Virus record (IMG/VR): IMGVR_UViG_3300021964_000023 | Span: 32,001 to 96,000 of that record | Direction: 5' to 3' (one strand) | DNA from: a virus | Length of the DNA: 64,000 bases | Shown: piece by piece, positions 10,015-19,869 of the stretch | Layout of the letters: each line of letters opens with the position of its first letter | How positions within the stretch are numbered: position 1 is the first letter of the stretch | Program-made: the position numbers and the translations under genes | The notes under the pieces: model-generated | What the model was told of the DNA's origin: nothing | Databases searched by the model: none | What the model saw: only the letters and a program-made list of their open reading frames with translations

Positions 10015-10422
10015 ATGGAAGATGATTTTTACGCAACTATCAAATTAAGATCTGGAGAAGAGATATTCTCAAAAGTCTCACCCTGTACAGAAGAAGAAAA
10101 AACATTCTTACTTGTCTCAAATCCAATTACATTCTCTGAAGTTAAGACTAAAAGAGGTGTATCTGGTTACAAGATGGAATCTTGGTTAAAAACTTCTCGT
10201 GATGACATGTTCATTATAGATATGGGTGATGTCATGACCATGAGTGAGTCTAAGGACATTGAAATGATCATGATGTACCAAGCATGGATTAGAGAGTCTA
10301 AAGACTTTACTGATTCTGAGGATCCCACTGGATACAGACAAAGAATCGATAGAAAGATGGGTAGGATCGGTAACGTCAACGATACCAAAGAGATCCTAGA
10401 AAGATTATTTAAAGAAAGCTAA
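10015..10422 (+). CDS. Conserved hypothetical protein (Sm-like fold?)
   Basis: ATIKLRSGEEIF N-terminus; usual slot between uvsW and gp55. Confidence 0.7.
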   Translation: MEDDFYATIKLRSGEEIFSKVSPCTEEEKTFLLVSNPITFSEVKTKRGVSGYKMESWLKTSRDDMFIIDMGDVMTMSESKDIEMIMMYQAWIRESKDFTDSEDPTGYRQRIDRKMGRIGNVNDTKEILERLFKES

Positions 10423-10449
10423 TATTGTTTCTGAACCTCCACAAAGGTT

Positions 10450-10478
10450 ATTGTACACAGATTCAGGGGTCTTGTCAA
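10450..10478 (-). promoter_or_regulatory. Antisense sigma70-type promoter
   Basis: Minus strand TTGACA-N17-TACAAT with TG extension. Confidence 0.65.
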
Positions 10479-10481
10479 GCC

Positions 10482-10510
10482 TTGTGTTTATTCGTTCATC
10501 TTGATATAAT
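10482..10510 (+). promoter_or_regulatory. sigma70-type promoter for gp55
   Basis: TTGTGT-N17-TATAAT. Confidence 0.55.
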
Positions 10511-10542
10511 AATGATATCACTGTGAACATAGATATACTATT

Positions 10543-11037
10543 ATGGTTATCGGACCCATGACTAAAAGAAAAAGATCAGTACACTATGTTAACAACAAAG
10601 AATTTCTTGCAGCATTAATTGCGTATAGGGAATCGGTACAGTTAGCAGCAACTAGAGGAGATCCAAAACCACAGATTACAAATTATCTGGGAGAATGTTT
10701 CTTAAAGATTGCAACACACTTGTCATTCAAGCCAAACTTTGTAAACTATATCTTTAAAGATGATATGATCTCTGATGGCATTGAGAACTGTGTTCAATAT
10801 ATCCATAACTTTGACCCTGAAAAGTCTCAAAACCCGTTTGCTTATTTCACTCAAATTATTCACTACGCGTTTCTACGTCGTATACAGAAGGAAAAGAAAC
10901 AGCTTGAGATTAAAAATAAGATCTTGGAGAAGACGGGTTTTGATGAAGTCTTCTACGATGATAACACGATTGACGGAGCAAACTACTCCGACTATAATCA
11001 AATAAAGGATAGTATTCATTCCAAGTCTAGGTATTGA
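10543..11037 (+). CDS. gp55: Late-transcription sigma factor
   Basis: HYVNNKEF, DMISDGIENC, NPFAYFTQI, AFLRRIQKEK. Confidence 0.97.
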   Translation: MVIGPMTKRKRSVHYVNNKEFLAALIAYRESVQLAATRGDPKPQITNYLGECFLKIATHLSFKPNFVNYIFKDDMISDGIENCVQYIHNFDPEKSQNPFAYFTQIIHYAFLRRIQKEKKQLEIKNKILEKTGFDEVFYDDNTIDGANYSDYNQIKDSIHSKSRY

Positions 11038-12080
11038 TGAAGGTTGCTATTATTACTGATCAGCACTTTGGTGCTCGTAAAAACTCTAAGCAATTTCACG
11101 ATTACTTCCTGAAGTTTTATAATGATGTGTTCTTCCCTACATTAGAGAAGCACAAAATTAAAACTGTTGTTGACATGGGTGATACCTTTGATAGTCGTAA
11201 AGGTATTGACTTTGCTGCTCTTGCTTGGGCAAAAGACAATTACTACGATCGACTTCAAGAGATGGGAGTCACTGTCCATACAATTGTAGGTAATCATACT
11301 GCATACTACAAAAATACAAATGAGTTGAATGCAGTTGATCTCTTGCTTAGAGAATATAAGAATGTCAAAGTATATTCTGAACCAACTGAAGCAAAGTTGG
11401 GTAAATTAAACGTATTGTTCATTCCTTGGATTAATGATGAAAATTTTGAAACTACCCATCAATCTATTAAAAGTAGCAGTAGCAAGTGCGCGATGGGGCA
11501 CCTTGAACTACGAGGATTTCCAGCTTATCGTGGACACACCATGGAGGAAGGTCTTGATGGCAAGTTATTTGCGTCGTTCACCCATGTCTTCAGTGGTCAC
11601 TATCACACTAGATCAACAGACGGAAGAATAAGTTATTTGGGTAATCCATACGAGATTTACTCAAATGATATTGGTGATGATAGAGGATTCCACATTCTCG
11701 ATACTACTACGATGGAATTGGAATCAATCAATAACCCATACACAATGTATGAAGTAATTGATTATGAGGATACTCCATATCAAACCTTTGATACCAGAAA
11801 GTATGAAGGCAAGATTGTCAAGTTGATTGTTCGTAAAAAGAGTGATCCTAAAAAGTATGAGAAGTTCGTTGATAAACTTCTTGGATCAGATATCAATGAG
11901 ATGAAAATTGTTGAAACCTTTGTCGATGTTGAGACAAACTTTGACGACTATGATCCAGAGTCCGAAGATACTATTTCTATTTTAAGTAAATATATTGATG
12001 ATTCTGATCTATCTCTAAATAAAGCAGAAGTCAAACATTTGATACATCAGGTTTACAAACAAGCATGTGAATTGATATAA
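11037..12080 (+). CDS. gp47: Recombination nuclease subunit (Mre11/SbcD-like)
   Basis: TDQHFG, GDTFD, GNH, SGHYH. Confidence 0.96.
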   Translation: MKVAIITDQHFGARKNSKQFHDYFLKFYNDVFFPTLEKHKIKTVVDMGDTFDSRKGIDFAALAWAKDNYYDRLQEMGVTVHTIVGNHTAYYKNTNELNAVDLLLREYKNVKVYSEPTEAKLGKLNVLFIPWINDENFETTHQSIKSSSSKCAMGHLELRGFPAYRGHTMEEGLDGKLFASFTHVFSGHYHTRSTDGRISYLGNPYEIYSNDIGDDRGFHILDTTTMELESINNPYTMYEVIDYEDTPYQTFDTRKYEGKIVKLIVRKKSDPKKYEKFVDKLLGSDINEMKIVETFVDVETNFDDYDPESEDTISILSKYIDDSDLSLNKAEVKHLIHQVYKQACELI

Positions 12081-12081
12081 T

Positions 12082-12342
12082 ATGTTTATTCTCACTCTAT
12101 CTGGAAAAAATAAAGAAGGAGCATACTCTGTCACGAATAGTAAAGGAAATCAAATCCTTTATATTTTTGAGCAAGAAGATGATGCTCTTCGTTTTTCTAT
12201 GATGCTTGAGGATAAGGATTATCCAGAATTGGATGTTGTTGAAGTAGATGATGATCTCATGATTCAAACATGTGAGATGCATGAGTATAACTATGCCATC
12301 ATTACTGCCAATGATCTTGTAATACCGCCAGATGAAGATTAA
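12082..12342 (+). CDS. Conserved hypothetical protein
   Basis: FEQEDDALRF; sits between gp47 and gp46. Confidence 0.7.
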   Translation: MFILTLSGKNKEGAYSVTNSKGNQILYIFEQEDDALRFSMMLEDKDYPELDVVEVDDDLMIQTCEMHEYNYAIITANDLVIPPDED

Positions 12343-14054
12343 TGATTTGTTTTGAGAAGATTCGTTACAAGAACTTTCTTAGTACTGGAAATCAATTTAC
12401 TGAATTAGATTTTACAAAAGCATCAACTACTCTTGTTGTTGGCAACAATGGTGCTGGTAAAAGCACAATGCTTGATGCATTGACTTTCTCTCTATTCGGT
12501 AAATCATATCGCGGTGTTAATAAACCTCTCTTGATTAACTCTGTTAACGAGAAGGATTGTCTTGTTGAGATTGAATTTAAAATTGGGAATACTGCTTGGA
12601 AGGTTGTGCGTGGCATTAAACCTACAGTATTCCAAATTTATAAAGATGGGGAACTATTAAACTCTGATGCAGCTTCCAAAGACCAGCAGACCTGGTTGGA
12701 GAGAGTAGTTCTAAAGATGAATTATAAGTCATTTACTCAGATCGTGATTCTGGGTAGTAGTAACTTCATTCCCTTTATGCAACTCCCTGCAGCATCTAGG
12801 AGAGAAGTTATTGAAGATTTGTTGGATATTAAAATCTTCTCCTCTATGAATACTGTTGTAAAGGAGAATATTAAATCAATTAAAGATGAAATTCGTACTC
12901 TAGACTATAAGACCGATAATCTTGAAGAGAAGGTCAAGATGCAAAAAGACTTCATTGTAGAAGTTGAGAGACTTGCTACAGAAGATATTGGTGCCAAGAA
13001 AAATCAAATCAAAACTCTAACAGATACTCAAGATAAACTTTTAAAAGACTCTTTGGATGTTGAGAATTCTTTGATTGAAAAGCAAAAAGAACTTGAAAAG
13101 TATTCTGGTGCAACTGCTAAGTTGAGGAAGTTGGGTAATTTAAAGGGTAAGATCTCACAGAAGGTATCTGTCATTACTGAAGAACATAAGTTTTTTAGTG
13201 ATAATACGGTTTGCCCCACTTGTACCCAGTCTATTGAAGAGACCTTTAGAATAAATAGAATTAGCGACGCTCAAAATAAAGCAAAAGAGTTGCGTTCTGG
13301 TTTTATACAACTAGAAGAGGCAATTAAAGAGGAAGAAGATCGAGAGCGTCACTTCTCTACAGTTTCTAAAGAGGTTACTAACCTTACACATGAGATTTCT
13401 CAAATCAATACTAAGATCTCTGGATATCAAAGACAAGTCCGAGATCTTGAACAGGAAATTCAAACTGTTGCCACTAGACTTGCAGAAAGAAATTCTGAAC
13501 ATGAGAAGCTAGAGAGTTTACAAGAACAATTTAGGACCGCTTCCGAAGAGACGGAATCTAAAAAAGATCAACTGACTAACTTTAACTTTGTGTATGATCT
13601 TTTAAAAGATGGAGGCGTCAAAACACAAATCATTAAAAAGTATCTGCCACTTATTAACAGTCAAGTTAATAAGTATTTGCAGATGATGGAGTTTTTCATT
13701 AACTTCTGCCTGGACGAGGAGTTTAATGAATCAATCCAATCTCCCATCCAAGAGGATTTTTCTTACTCTTCATTCAGTGAAGGTGAGAAGATGCGTATCG
13801 ATCTTGCTCTCTTGTTTACGTGGAGAGAGATTGCTAAGATTAAGAACTCTTTAAATTGTAACCTCATCATCTTTGACGAAACTTTTGACTCGTCTCTTGA
13901 TGGGTTTGGAACCGATGAATTCATGAAGATTATTCGGTTTGTTATTAAGGACGCTAATACGTTTGTCATCTCTCATAAAGAGGGAATGCGTGATAAGTTC
14001 TTAAACGTGTTAAAATTTGAGAAGCAAAAGGGATTCAGTAGGTTAGTTGTATGA
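12342..14054 (+). CDS. gp46: Recombination ATPase (Rad50/SbcC-like)
   Basis: GNNGAGKST, CPTC zinc hook, FSEGEKMR, DETFDSSLD. Confidence 0.97.
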   Translation: MICFEKIRYKNFLSTGNQFTELDFTKASTTLVVGNNGAGKSTMLDALTFSLFGKSYRGVNKPLLINSVNEKDCLVEIEFKIGNTAWKVVRGIKPTVFQIYKDGELLNSDAASKDQQTWLERVVLKMNYKSFTQIVILGSSNFIPFMQLPAASRREVIEDLLDIKIFSSMNTVVKENIKSIKDEIRTLDYKTDNLEEKVKMQKDFIVEVERLATEDIGAKKNQIKTLTDTQDKLLKDSLDVENSLIEKQKELEKYSGATAKLRKLGNLKGKISQKVSVITEEHKFFSDNTVCPTCTQSIEETFRINRISDAQNKAKELRSGFIQLEEAIKEEEDRERHFSTVSKEVTNLTHEISQINTKISGYQRQVRDLEQEIQTVATRLAERNSEHEKLESLQEQFRTASEETESKKDQLTNFNFVYDLLKDGGVKTQIIKKYLPLINSQVNKYLQMMEFFINFCLDEEFNESIQSPIQEDFSYSSFSEGEKMRIDLALLFTWREIAKIKNSLNCNLIIFDETFDSSLDGFGTDEFMKIIRFVIKDANTFVISHKEGMRDKFLNVLKFEKQKGFSRLVV

Positions 14055-14968
14055 ATTGCTTAGTAACAGGTGGTAGTGGATTTATTGGTTCTAATTTGGT
14101 AGATGCTCTAGTAGGTGCTGGACATACGGTAACAGTAATTGATAATGAGTATTCGGATGCTCATGACCAGTTTTATTACAATGAGAAGGCACATTATGTA
14201 AAGCAAGATATTTGTAATTACGAACTCACTAGAATTTTTTATTGTGGGGTTGATTGGGTCTTTCATCTTGCAGCAGAAGCAAGGATTCAACCAGCAATTA
14301 AAAATCCACTTAACGCTGTTAAAATTAATACTCTTGGTACAGCAACCGTTCTTCAATGTGCTAGAGAAGCAAATGTTAGCAGGGTGATTTACTCATCTAC
14401 TTCCTCTGCATATGGATTTAATTCTCCACCAAACACTGAGACTCAAGGAGATGACTGTCTGAATCCTTATTCAGTATCTAAGGTTGCTGGTGAGAAGTTG
14501 TGTGCGATGTATACTGATCTGTTTAATCTCAATACGATTATCTTCAGATACTTTAATGTTTATGGTGAGCGTCAACCACTTAAAGGTCAATATGCTCCTG
14601 TGATTGGAATTTTCCTTCGTCAACTTGCTAATGGTGAAGAGTTGACTGTAGTTGGTGATGGTGAGCAACGTAGAGACTTTACTCATGTCTCTGATGTTGT
14701 CCAGGCAAATATTCTTGCCGCAACTAAAGATCTACCTGAAGACGCTTTTGGTAAAGTTTATAATGTGGGTAATGGGGAGAACTACTCTGTCAATGAGATT
14801 GCAGCGATGATCTCTTCCAGGAAGCGATTCATTGATGCTCGTCCAGGAGAGGCAAGAATCACTCTTGCAGACAACTCTAGACTTAAAGAGACCCTTGGTT
14901 GGGAACCTACAGTAGACCTTAGGGAGTGGGTTGCCAAAGCAGTGGACAGTGTAAAAACTGGTTCCTGA
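14051..14968 (+). CDS. NAD-dependent nucleotide-sugar epimerase/dehydratase
   Basis: TGGSGFIGS, HLAA, YSVSK (YxxxK), RYFNVYG, RDFTHV. Confidence 0.92.
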   Translation: MNCLVTGGSGFIGSNLVDALVGAGHTVTVIDNEYSDAHDQFYYNEKAHYVKQDICNYELTRIFYCGVDWVFHLAAEARIQPAIKNPLNAVKINTLGTATVLQCAREANVSRVIYSSTSSAYGFNSPPNTETQGDDCLNPYSVSKVAGEKLCAMYTDLFNLNTIIFRYFNVYGERQPLKGQYAPVIGIFLRQLANGEELTVVGDGEQRRDFTHVSDVVQANILAATKDLPEDAFGKVYNVGNGENYSVNEIAAMISSRKRFIDARPGEARITLADNSRLKETLGWEPTVDLREWVAKAVDSVKTGS

Positions 14969-15020
14969 CCGTCCATATGGGGATTCCTCTTTGTATACTG
15001 TGTTCAGTTCAAACGAATCC
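14944..15020 (+). promoter_or_regulatory. Putative phage early promoter, copy 1
   Basis: GGACAGT..AAACTG, TATACT (14994-14999), leader TTCAGTTCAAACGAATCC; same architecture as 17172-17238. Confidence 0.55.
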
Positions 15021-15022
15021 CG

Positions 15023-17170
15023 ATGACTATCAACCACGAAGTCAAAGGACAACTTGCAAAACTGCTTGCCACTGAAGACCTGGTGGTTGAGCATCGTGCT
15101 GTAGATACTGCTCAGTTTAATGTCCATACCCGAGTGCTGACGCTCCCTCAGTGGAACAAGGCATCTAATAATGTGTATGACCTTCTGGTGGGTCATGAAG
15201 TTGGTCACGCCCTATATACACCAGATGAAGATTGGATTAAGGATCGTAAGATCCCACCACAGATTGTCAATGTTGTCGAAGACGCTCGTATCGAGAAGAT
15301 GATGAAGCGTCGGTATGCTGGTCTTTCCAAGACCTTCTACCGAGGATACGAGGAGTTGGCAGCAGAAGACTTCTTTAGTATTGATGATGAAGATGTGTCA
15401 ACCTTCAATCTTGCAGACAAAATCAACCTGTACTGTAAGATTGGTAATTACGTAGACATTCCATTCACTAATGAAGAAGAGTCTCTTCTATCTGCAGTTT
15501 GCGATTGTGAGACTTTTGCACAAGTGCTGGATGTATCAGAAGCAATTTATAACTATTGCAAGGATGAACAGAAATCAGAGTCCCCTGCAGACGTTCAATT
15601 ACAGCCGAATAATGGTGGGTCTTCCACCATCCCACAGGGATCAGATAGTCAGGAGGGAGAATCAGAATCCCCGTCCAGCGAATTATCCCAAGGAACCAAC
15701 GATTCTAACGATGATGATATTCAGGGATCTCCCACAGATGTAGCAGATCAACCCACTATGGGTGGAGATAATGGTGGAGACTTCAATGTTGATACGATGA
15801 AATCATTTGAGGATGCCATTAAGGATCTGACTAGTGATCAATCTTATGAGAATCAATATCTTGAGGTTCCTAAGGTTAATCTTGACGCCATTATTATTCC
15901 AAACGAGGAAGTCTATCGGGATGTTCCTGAACGTTGGAATGATATTGATCCAAAATACTTTTATGAAGTTGATAAGAGATACTCTGAGTTCAAGAAGTCG
16001 GCTCAAAAAGAAGTCAACTATTTGGTAAAGGAGTTTGAATGTCGCAAGTCTGCCAGCGCATATGCTCGCGCTACCACTGCTCGTACTGGTGTCCTAGACT
16101 GCACTAAGCTTCACACCTATAAGTACAATGAAGATTTGTTCAAGAAGGTCAGTGTTGTTCCTGATGGTAAGAATCATGGATTGATTTTTATCCTTGATTG
16201 GTCTGGATCGATGGCAGATGTTCTTACAGATACTGTCAAACAACTGTTCAACTTGATCTGGTTCTGCAAAAAGGTCAGTATTCCCTTCGAGGTATATGCC
16301 TTTACTAGTGACTTCCCTAAGTATGGATTTAGTGTCGATGAGGACGGAGAGCGCATCTATAAATGTCCTCCAGATACATATAAGAAGCGGGATGGTGTTT
16401 TGCAAGTCTATGAACAGTTCTCTTTGATGAACATGTTTTCTAGTAAGACAAAGATCAAAGAACTGGACAATCAGATGAAGACTATCTTCCGCATTGCAGA
16501 AGGGTTTAATCGCAATCACTATACTTATTATCCCATTCCTGGCAAACTATCTCTGTCAGGCACTCCCCTGAATGATACTCTTATTGCTTTGCATGAGATT
16601 ATTCCTCAATTCAAGGAGAAGAATAATATTGAGAAGGTTCAGTGTGTGATTCTTACTGATGGTGAAGCACCTCCTTTGAAGTTCCATAAGACTGTTCAGC
16701 GTCACTGGGAGAATGAACCTTATCTTGGTGTTCGTCAGGTTTGTAACAACAACTGTATTCTTCGTGACCGTAAACTTGGAACTACTTATTCTCTAAATGG
16801 TAACTGGTATGAGGTTACCGATGTTCTTTTGACTCATCTCAAGGATAAGTTCAAGGATACTAACTTTATTGGTATTCGTGTTCTTGAAGGTCGTGATGCC
16901 CATAGTTTTATTGCTCGTTACTATGGTCGATGGAATGATGATCATGATCGCATTCATGCCATCTGGAGGAGGGAGCGTGCATTTACGATCACCAACTCTG
17001 GATATCATTCTTACTTTGCTATGTCTGCAACTTCTTTGGCACAGGACAACACCTTTGATGTCAAAGAGGATGCAACCAAATCCCAGATCAAGAGTGCATT
17101 TGTTAAGAGTCTTCGTACTAAGAAAATGAACAAGCGAGTCTTGAACGAGTTCATCGATCTGGTCGCTTGA
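15023..17170 (+). CDS. Metallopeptidase-like + VWA (CobT-like) protein
   Basis: HEVGH (HExxH), LDWSGSM MIDAS motif, LTDGE; partner of the adjacent AAA ATPase. Confidence 0.88.
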   Translation: MTINHEVKGQLAKLLATEDLVVEHRAVDTAQFNVHTRVLTLPQWNKASNNVYDLLVGHEVGHALYTPDEDWIKDRKIPPQIVNVVEDARIEKMMKRRYAGLSKTFYRGYEELAAEDFFSIDDEDVSTFNLADKINLYCKIGNYVDIPFTNEEESLLSAVCDCETFAQVLDVSEAIYNYCKDEQKSESPADVQLQPNNGGSSTIPQGSDSQEGESESPSSELSQGTNDSNDDDIQGSPTDVADQPTMGGDNGGDFNVDTMKSFEDAIKDLTSDQSYENQYLEVPKVNLDAIIIPNEEVYRDVPERWNDIDPKYFYEVDKRYSEFKKSAQKEVNYLVKEFECRKSASAYARATTARTGVLDCTKLHTYKYNEDLFKKVSVVPDGKNHGLIFILDWSGSMADVLTDTVKQLFNLIWFCKKVSIPFEVYAFTSDFPKYGFSVDEDGERIYKCPPDTYKKRDGVLQVYEQFSLMNMFSSKTKIKELDNQMKTIFRIAEGFNRNHYTYYPIPGKLSLSGTPLNDTLIALHEIIPQFKEKNNIEKVQCVILTDGEAPPLKFHKTVQRHWENEPYLGVRQVCNNNCILRDRKLGTTYSLNGNWYEVTDVLLTHLKDKFKDTNFIGIRVLEGRDAHSFIARYYGRWNDDHDRIHAIWRRERAFTITNSGYHSYFAMSATSLAQDNTFDVKEDATKSQIKSAFVKSLRTKKMNKRVLNEFIDLVA

Positions 17171-17171
17171 T

Positions 17172-17238
17172 AAACTGTCCACGGGGGATCTTAGTTCCCC
17201 CACCTCTCCACTATACTAACTTCAGTTCAAACAAATCC
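17172..17238 (+). promoter_or_regulatory. Putative phage early promoter, copy 2
   Basis: AAACTG, TATACT (17212-17217), leader TTCAGTTCAAACAAATCC. Confidence 0.55.
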
Positions 17239-17239
17239 A

Positions 17240-18337
17240 ATGGGTCTCTCCAAAGAAGGCATCGTCAACTCTCTGCAAGATCTCTACGGAGATTCTGTGA
17301 CTGCAGCAGACATTCGTGCTTGGTGTGCGATGAACGATGCCAACTATCAGACCGTTACCAATAAAATTGCTGATTGTAAAGTTGGTCGTGGTAAGTGGAA
17401 TCTTACTGTTCGGGAACAGATGGAGCAAAACTACCAGGCACCTGCTGCATCCCCTGCAATTATTCCCTCTCAGGAACAAAACCTTATCCCTGAAAAAGAT
17501 GATTCCTTCGTCAAGTTTGGTAACTTCGCTGATATTAAAAAAATTATTCAGTCCCATCTATTCTATCCAACGTTCATTACTGGACTCTCTGGCAATGGTA
17601 AAACGCTCTCAGTTGAGCAAGCGTGTGCAGCTTTGGGTCGGGAACTCATCCGCGTAAATATCACTATTGAAACTGATGAAGACGATCTTATTGGTGGCTT
17701 CCGTCTTATCGATGGGGCAACTGTTTGGCATAATGGACCTGTCGTTGAAGCACTCGAACGAGGAGCAATCCTGCTACTCGATGAAATTGACCTTGCTTCC
17801 AACAAAATTCTATGCCTCCAGTCCATCCTTGAAGGTAAGGGTGTGTTCTTGAAGAAGATTGGTAAGTTTGTTCAACCTACCGCTGGGTTCAACGTCATTG
17901 CAACTGCCAACACTAAGGGTAAGGGTAGTGATGATGGACGATTCATTGGAACCAATGTTCTCAATGAAGCATTCCTTGAGCGATTCCCAGTGACGTTTGA
18001 GCAGTCTTATCCTACGGTCTCTGTTGAGAAGAACATTCTCTCCAAGATTTGTGGTGATGATGACTTCTGCCAACGTCTTGTAGATTGGGCAGACATTATC
18101 CGTAAGACCTTCTATGATGGTGGTATTGAAGAGATCATCAGCACCCGTCGTCTGGTTCACATTGTTAAGGCATATGAGATCTTTGGCAATAAAGAGAAGG
18201 CAATGCAAGTTTGTATCAATCGATTTGATGAAGATACCAAGCAAGCATTTCTGGAACTCTACGACAAAGTTGATGCTGACTTTGACCTGACTGCTACTGG
18301 TGAGAAGGTATACATTGACCAAGAGATTGGATCCTGA
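17240..18337 (+). CDS. cobS: CobS/MoxR-like AAA+ ATPase
   Basis: GLSGNGKT, LLLDEID, ATANTKG, NEAFLERF, ISTRRL. Confidence 0.92.
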   Translation: MGLSKEGIVNSLQDLYGDSVTAADIRAWCAMNDANYQTVTNKIADCKVGRGKWNLTVREQMEQNYQAPAASPAIIPSQEQNLIPEKDDSFVKFGNFADIKKIIQSHLFYPTFITGLSGNGKTLSVEQACAALGRELIRVNITIETDEDDLIGGFRLIDGATVWHNGPVVEALERGAILLLDEIDLASNKILCLQSILEGKGVFLKKIGKFVQPTAGFNVIATANTKGKGSDDGRFIGTNVLNEAFLERFPVTFEQSYPTVSVEKNILSKICGDDDFCQRLVDWADIIRKTFYDGGIEEIISTRRLVHIVKAYEIFGNKEKAMQVCINRFDEDTKQAFLELYDKVDADFDLTATGEKVYIDQEIGS

Positions 18338-18343
18338 TATAAT
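18315..18343 (+). promoter_or_regulatory. sigma70-type promoter
   Basis: TTGACC-N17-TATAAT. Confidence 0.65.
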
Positions 18344-18357
18344 GATAACTGATAACT

Positions 18358-18900
18358 ATGCCTCATGACCCCCGCTACTTTGTAATGGATCAAGTAAAGC
18401 ATTCCGATTATTATTACGACTATGATCGTAATGGCAGTGACAGACCCAATCCTTTCAGCACATCTAATCAAGACTTCTGGGAGGAAGATGGGTTCAGTTT
18501 GACTGGTAATCCTGGTGCTATGGCACCAGACACTATTTCATTCAACCTTACTATGGAACCTGAAGACAAAATTGATTTGAACCTTGATCAACTTACGACC
18601 AATGGTTTTTGGAAGTACGAAGAAGATAAGACTATGAAAGAGATTCGTGAGTATCTCTCTTCAACATATAAATCTCACTACACCTCTCAAGAATCTAAAA
18701 CCCAGACTCTTGACTTGATTGAGAGCATTGGTGATTCAGAACCCTTCTGTCGATCTAATGCAATCAAATACCTGTCTCGATTTGGTAAGAAGAACGGTAA
18801 GTCAAAGCAAGACATTCTAAAAGCAATTCACTATTGCATTCTTCTCTACCACTTCTCTGGACTGCATAATGAAATTAAGGGAACCTATGAAACTTTCTGA
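18358..18900 (+). CDS. DUF3310-like conserved phage protein
   Basis: HY..QTLDLI..FC.SNAIKYLSRFGKKNG..DILKAIHY. Confidence 0.7.
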   Translation: MPHDPRYFVMDQVKHSDYYYDYDRNGSDRPNPFSTSNQDFWEEDGFSLTGNPGAMAPDTISFNLTMEPEDKIDLNLDQLTTNGFWKYEEDKTMKEIREYLSSTYKSHYTSQESKTQTLDLIESIGDSEPFCRSNAIKYLSRFGKKNGKSKQDILKAIHYCILLYHFSGLHNEIKGTYETF

Positions 18901-19549
18901 TAAGACAATCAACCTTCTGAAGAACTTCTCGGACATCAATCAGTCCATCTTGTTCAAAAAAGGCAACAAGCTCCGCACTATCTCTGTGATGAAGAACATC
19001 ATGGCAGAAGCAGAGGTTCAAGAAGAGTTCCCTAAAGACTTTGCAATCTATGATTTGACTCAGTTCCTTCGGGGTATGTACCTGCACAACCAACCAGAAC
19101 TTGATTTTGGTAATGATGGGCACGTTGTCATTCGTGAAGGCAAGACTCGCTCTAAGTACTTCTTCGCTGACCCCAGTGTAATCGTAGTACCCCCTGAGAA
19201 GTCTCTAACTCTTCCCACAATGGATGTTGAGTTTGAATTGGCTGCAGAGCAACTTGAGAAGATTCGTAAGGCAGTTTTGGCATTCCAGCTTCCTGATCTC
19301 TCCGTTGTCGGTGAGGCAGGAGTTGTTAAACTTGTTGTTCATGACAAGAAGAATGATACTTCCAATGACTTTCAAGTTATTGTTGGTGAGACTAATGAAG
19401 AGTTCTGCTTCCATTTTAAAGTTGAGAACATCAAGGTTATTCCTGGTGATTACAACGTCAGCATCTCCAGTAAACTTTTGTCAAAGTTTGTCAACACTGA
19501 CTATGATCTGACCTATTATATTGCTCTGGAACCTGATTCTAACTTCTAA
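18887..19549 (+). CDS. gp45: Sliding clamp (alternative start 18869)
   Basis: MKLSDKTINLLKNFSDINQSI, FAIYDL, YYIALE. Confidence 0.96.
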   Translation: MKLSDKTINLLKNFSDINQSILFKKGNKLRTISVMKNIMAEAEVQEEFPKDFAIYDLTQFLRGMYLHNQPELDFGNDGHVVIREGKTRSKYFFADPSVIVVPPEKSLTLPTMDVEFELAAEQLEKIRKAVLAFQLPDLSVVGEAGVVKLVVHDKKNDTSNDFQVIVGETNEEFCFHFKVENIKVIPGDYNVSISSKLLSKFVNTDYDLTYYIALEPDSNF

Positions 19550-19761
19550 TGCGTACTCTTACGTTGATGAGGATTGTGGGCAGCATTGGTGTCATTGCTG
19601 CCTATTTCATTATCCTCCATGTCAATGTTCTTACGGGTGTGATCATCAACTTCATTGCTGATCTGATCTCTATTCCGTATTTTGCAAAAACAAAAGCCTG
19701 GGATGTAGTGATCATGCTATCATTCCTACTGGCAATTTCAATGTCAAAACTGGTACAATGA
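19549..19761 (+). CDS. Small membrane protein
   Basis: Hydrophobic 70-aa ORF coupled to gp45 stop. Confidence 0.6.
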   Translation: MRTLTLMRIVGSIGVIAAYFIILHVNVLTGVIINFIADLISIPYFAKTKAWDVVIMLSFLLAISMSKLVQ

Positions 19762-19869
19762 ACATAACCCAAGCGATGACCCTCCTACTTCTATCTAAGT
19801 GTTTGGTTCATCCACATCTGGGTTTATGCTTTATTCTCTTTATTACTGATCCAAAAAACAAGATTGGAT

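Noticed and set aside
15023-18337. CobS/CobT-like pair as cobalamin supply for the B12 radical SAM enzymes
   Set aside because: No CobN in the window; the pair is a common cyanophage MoxR-type AAA/VWA module, so the link is unsupported
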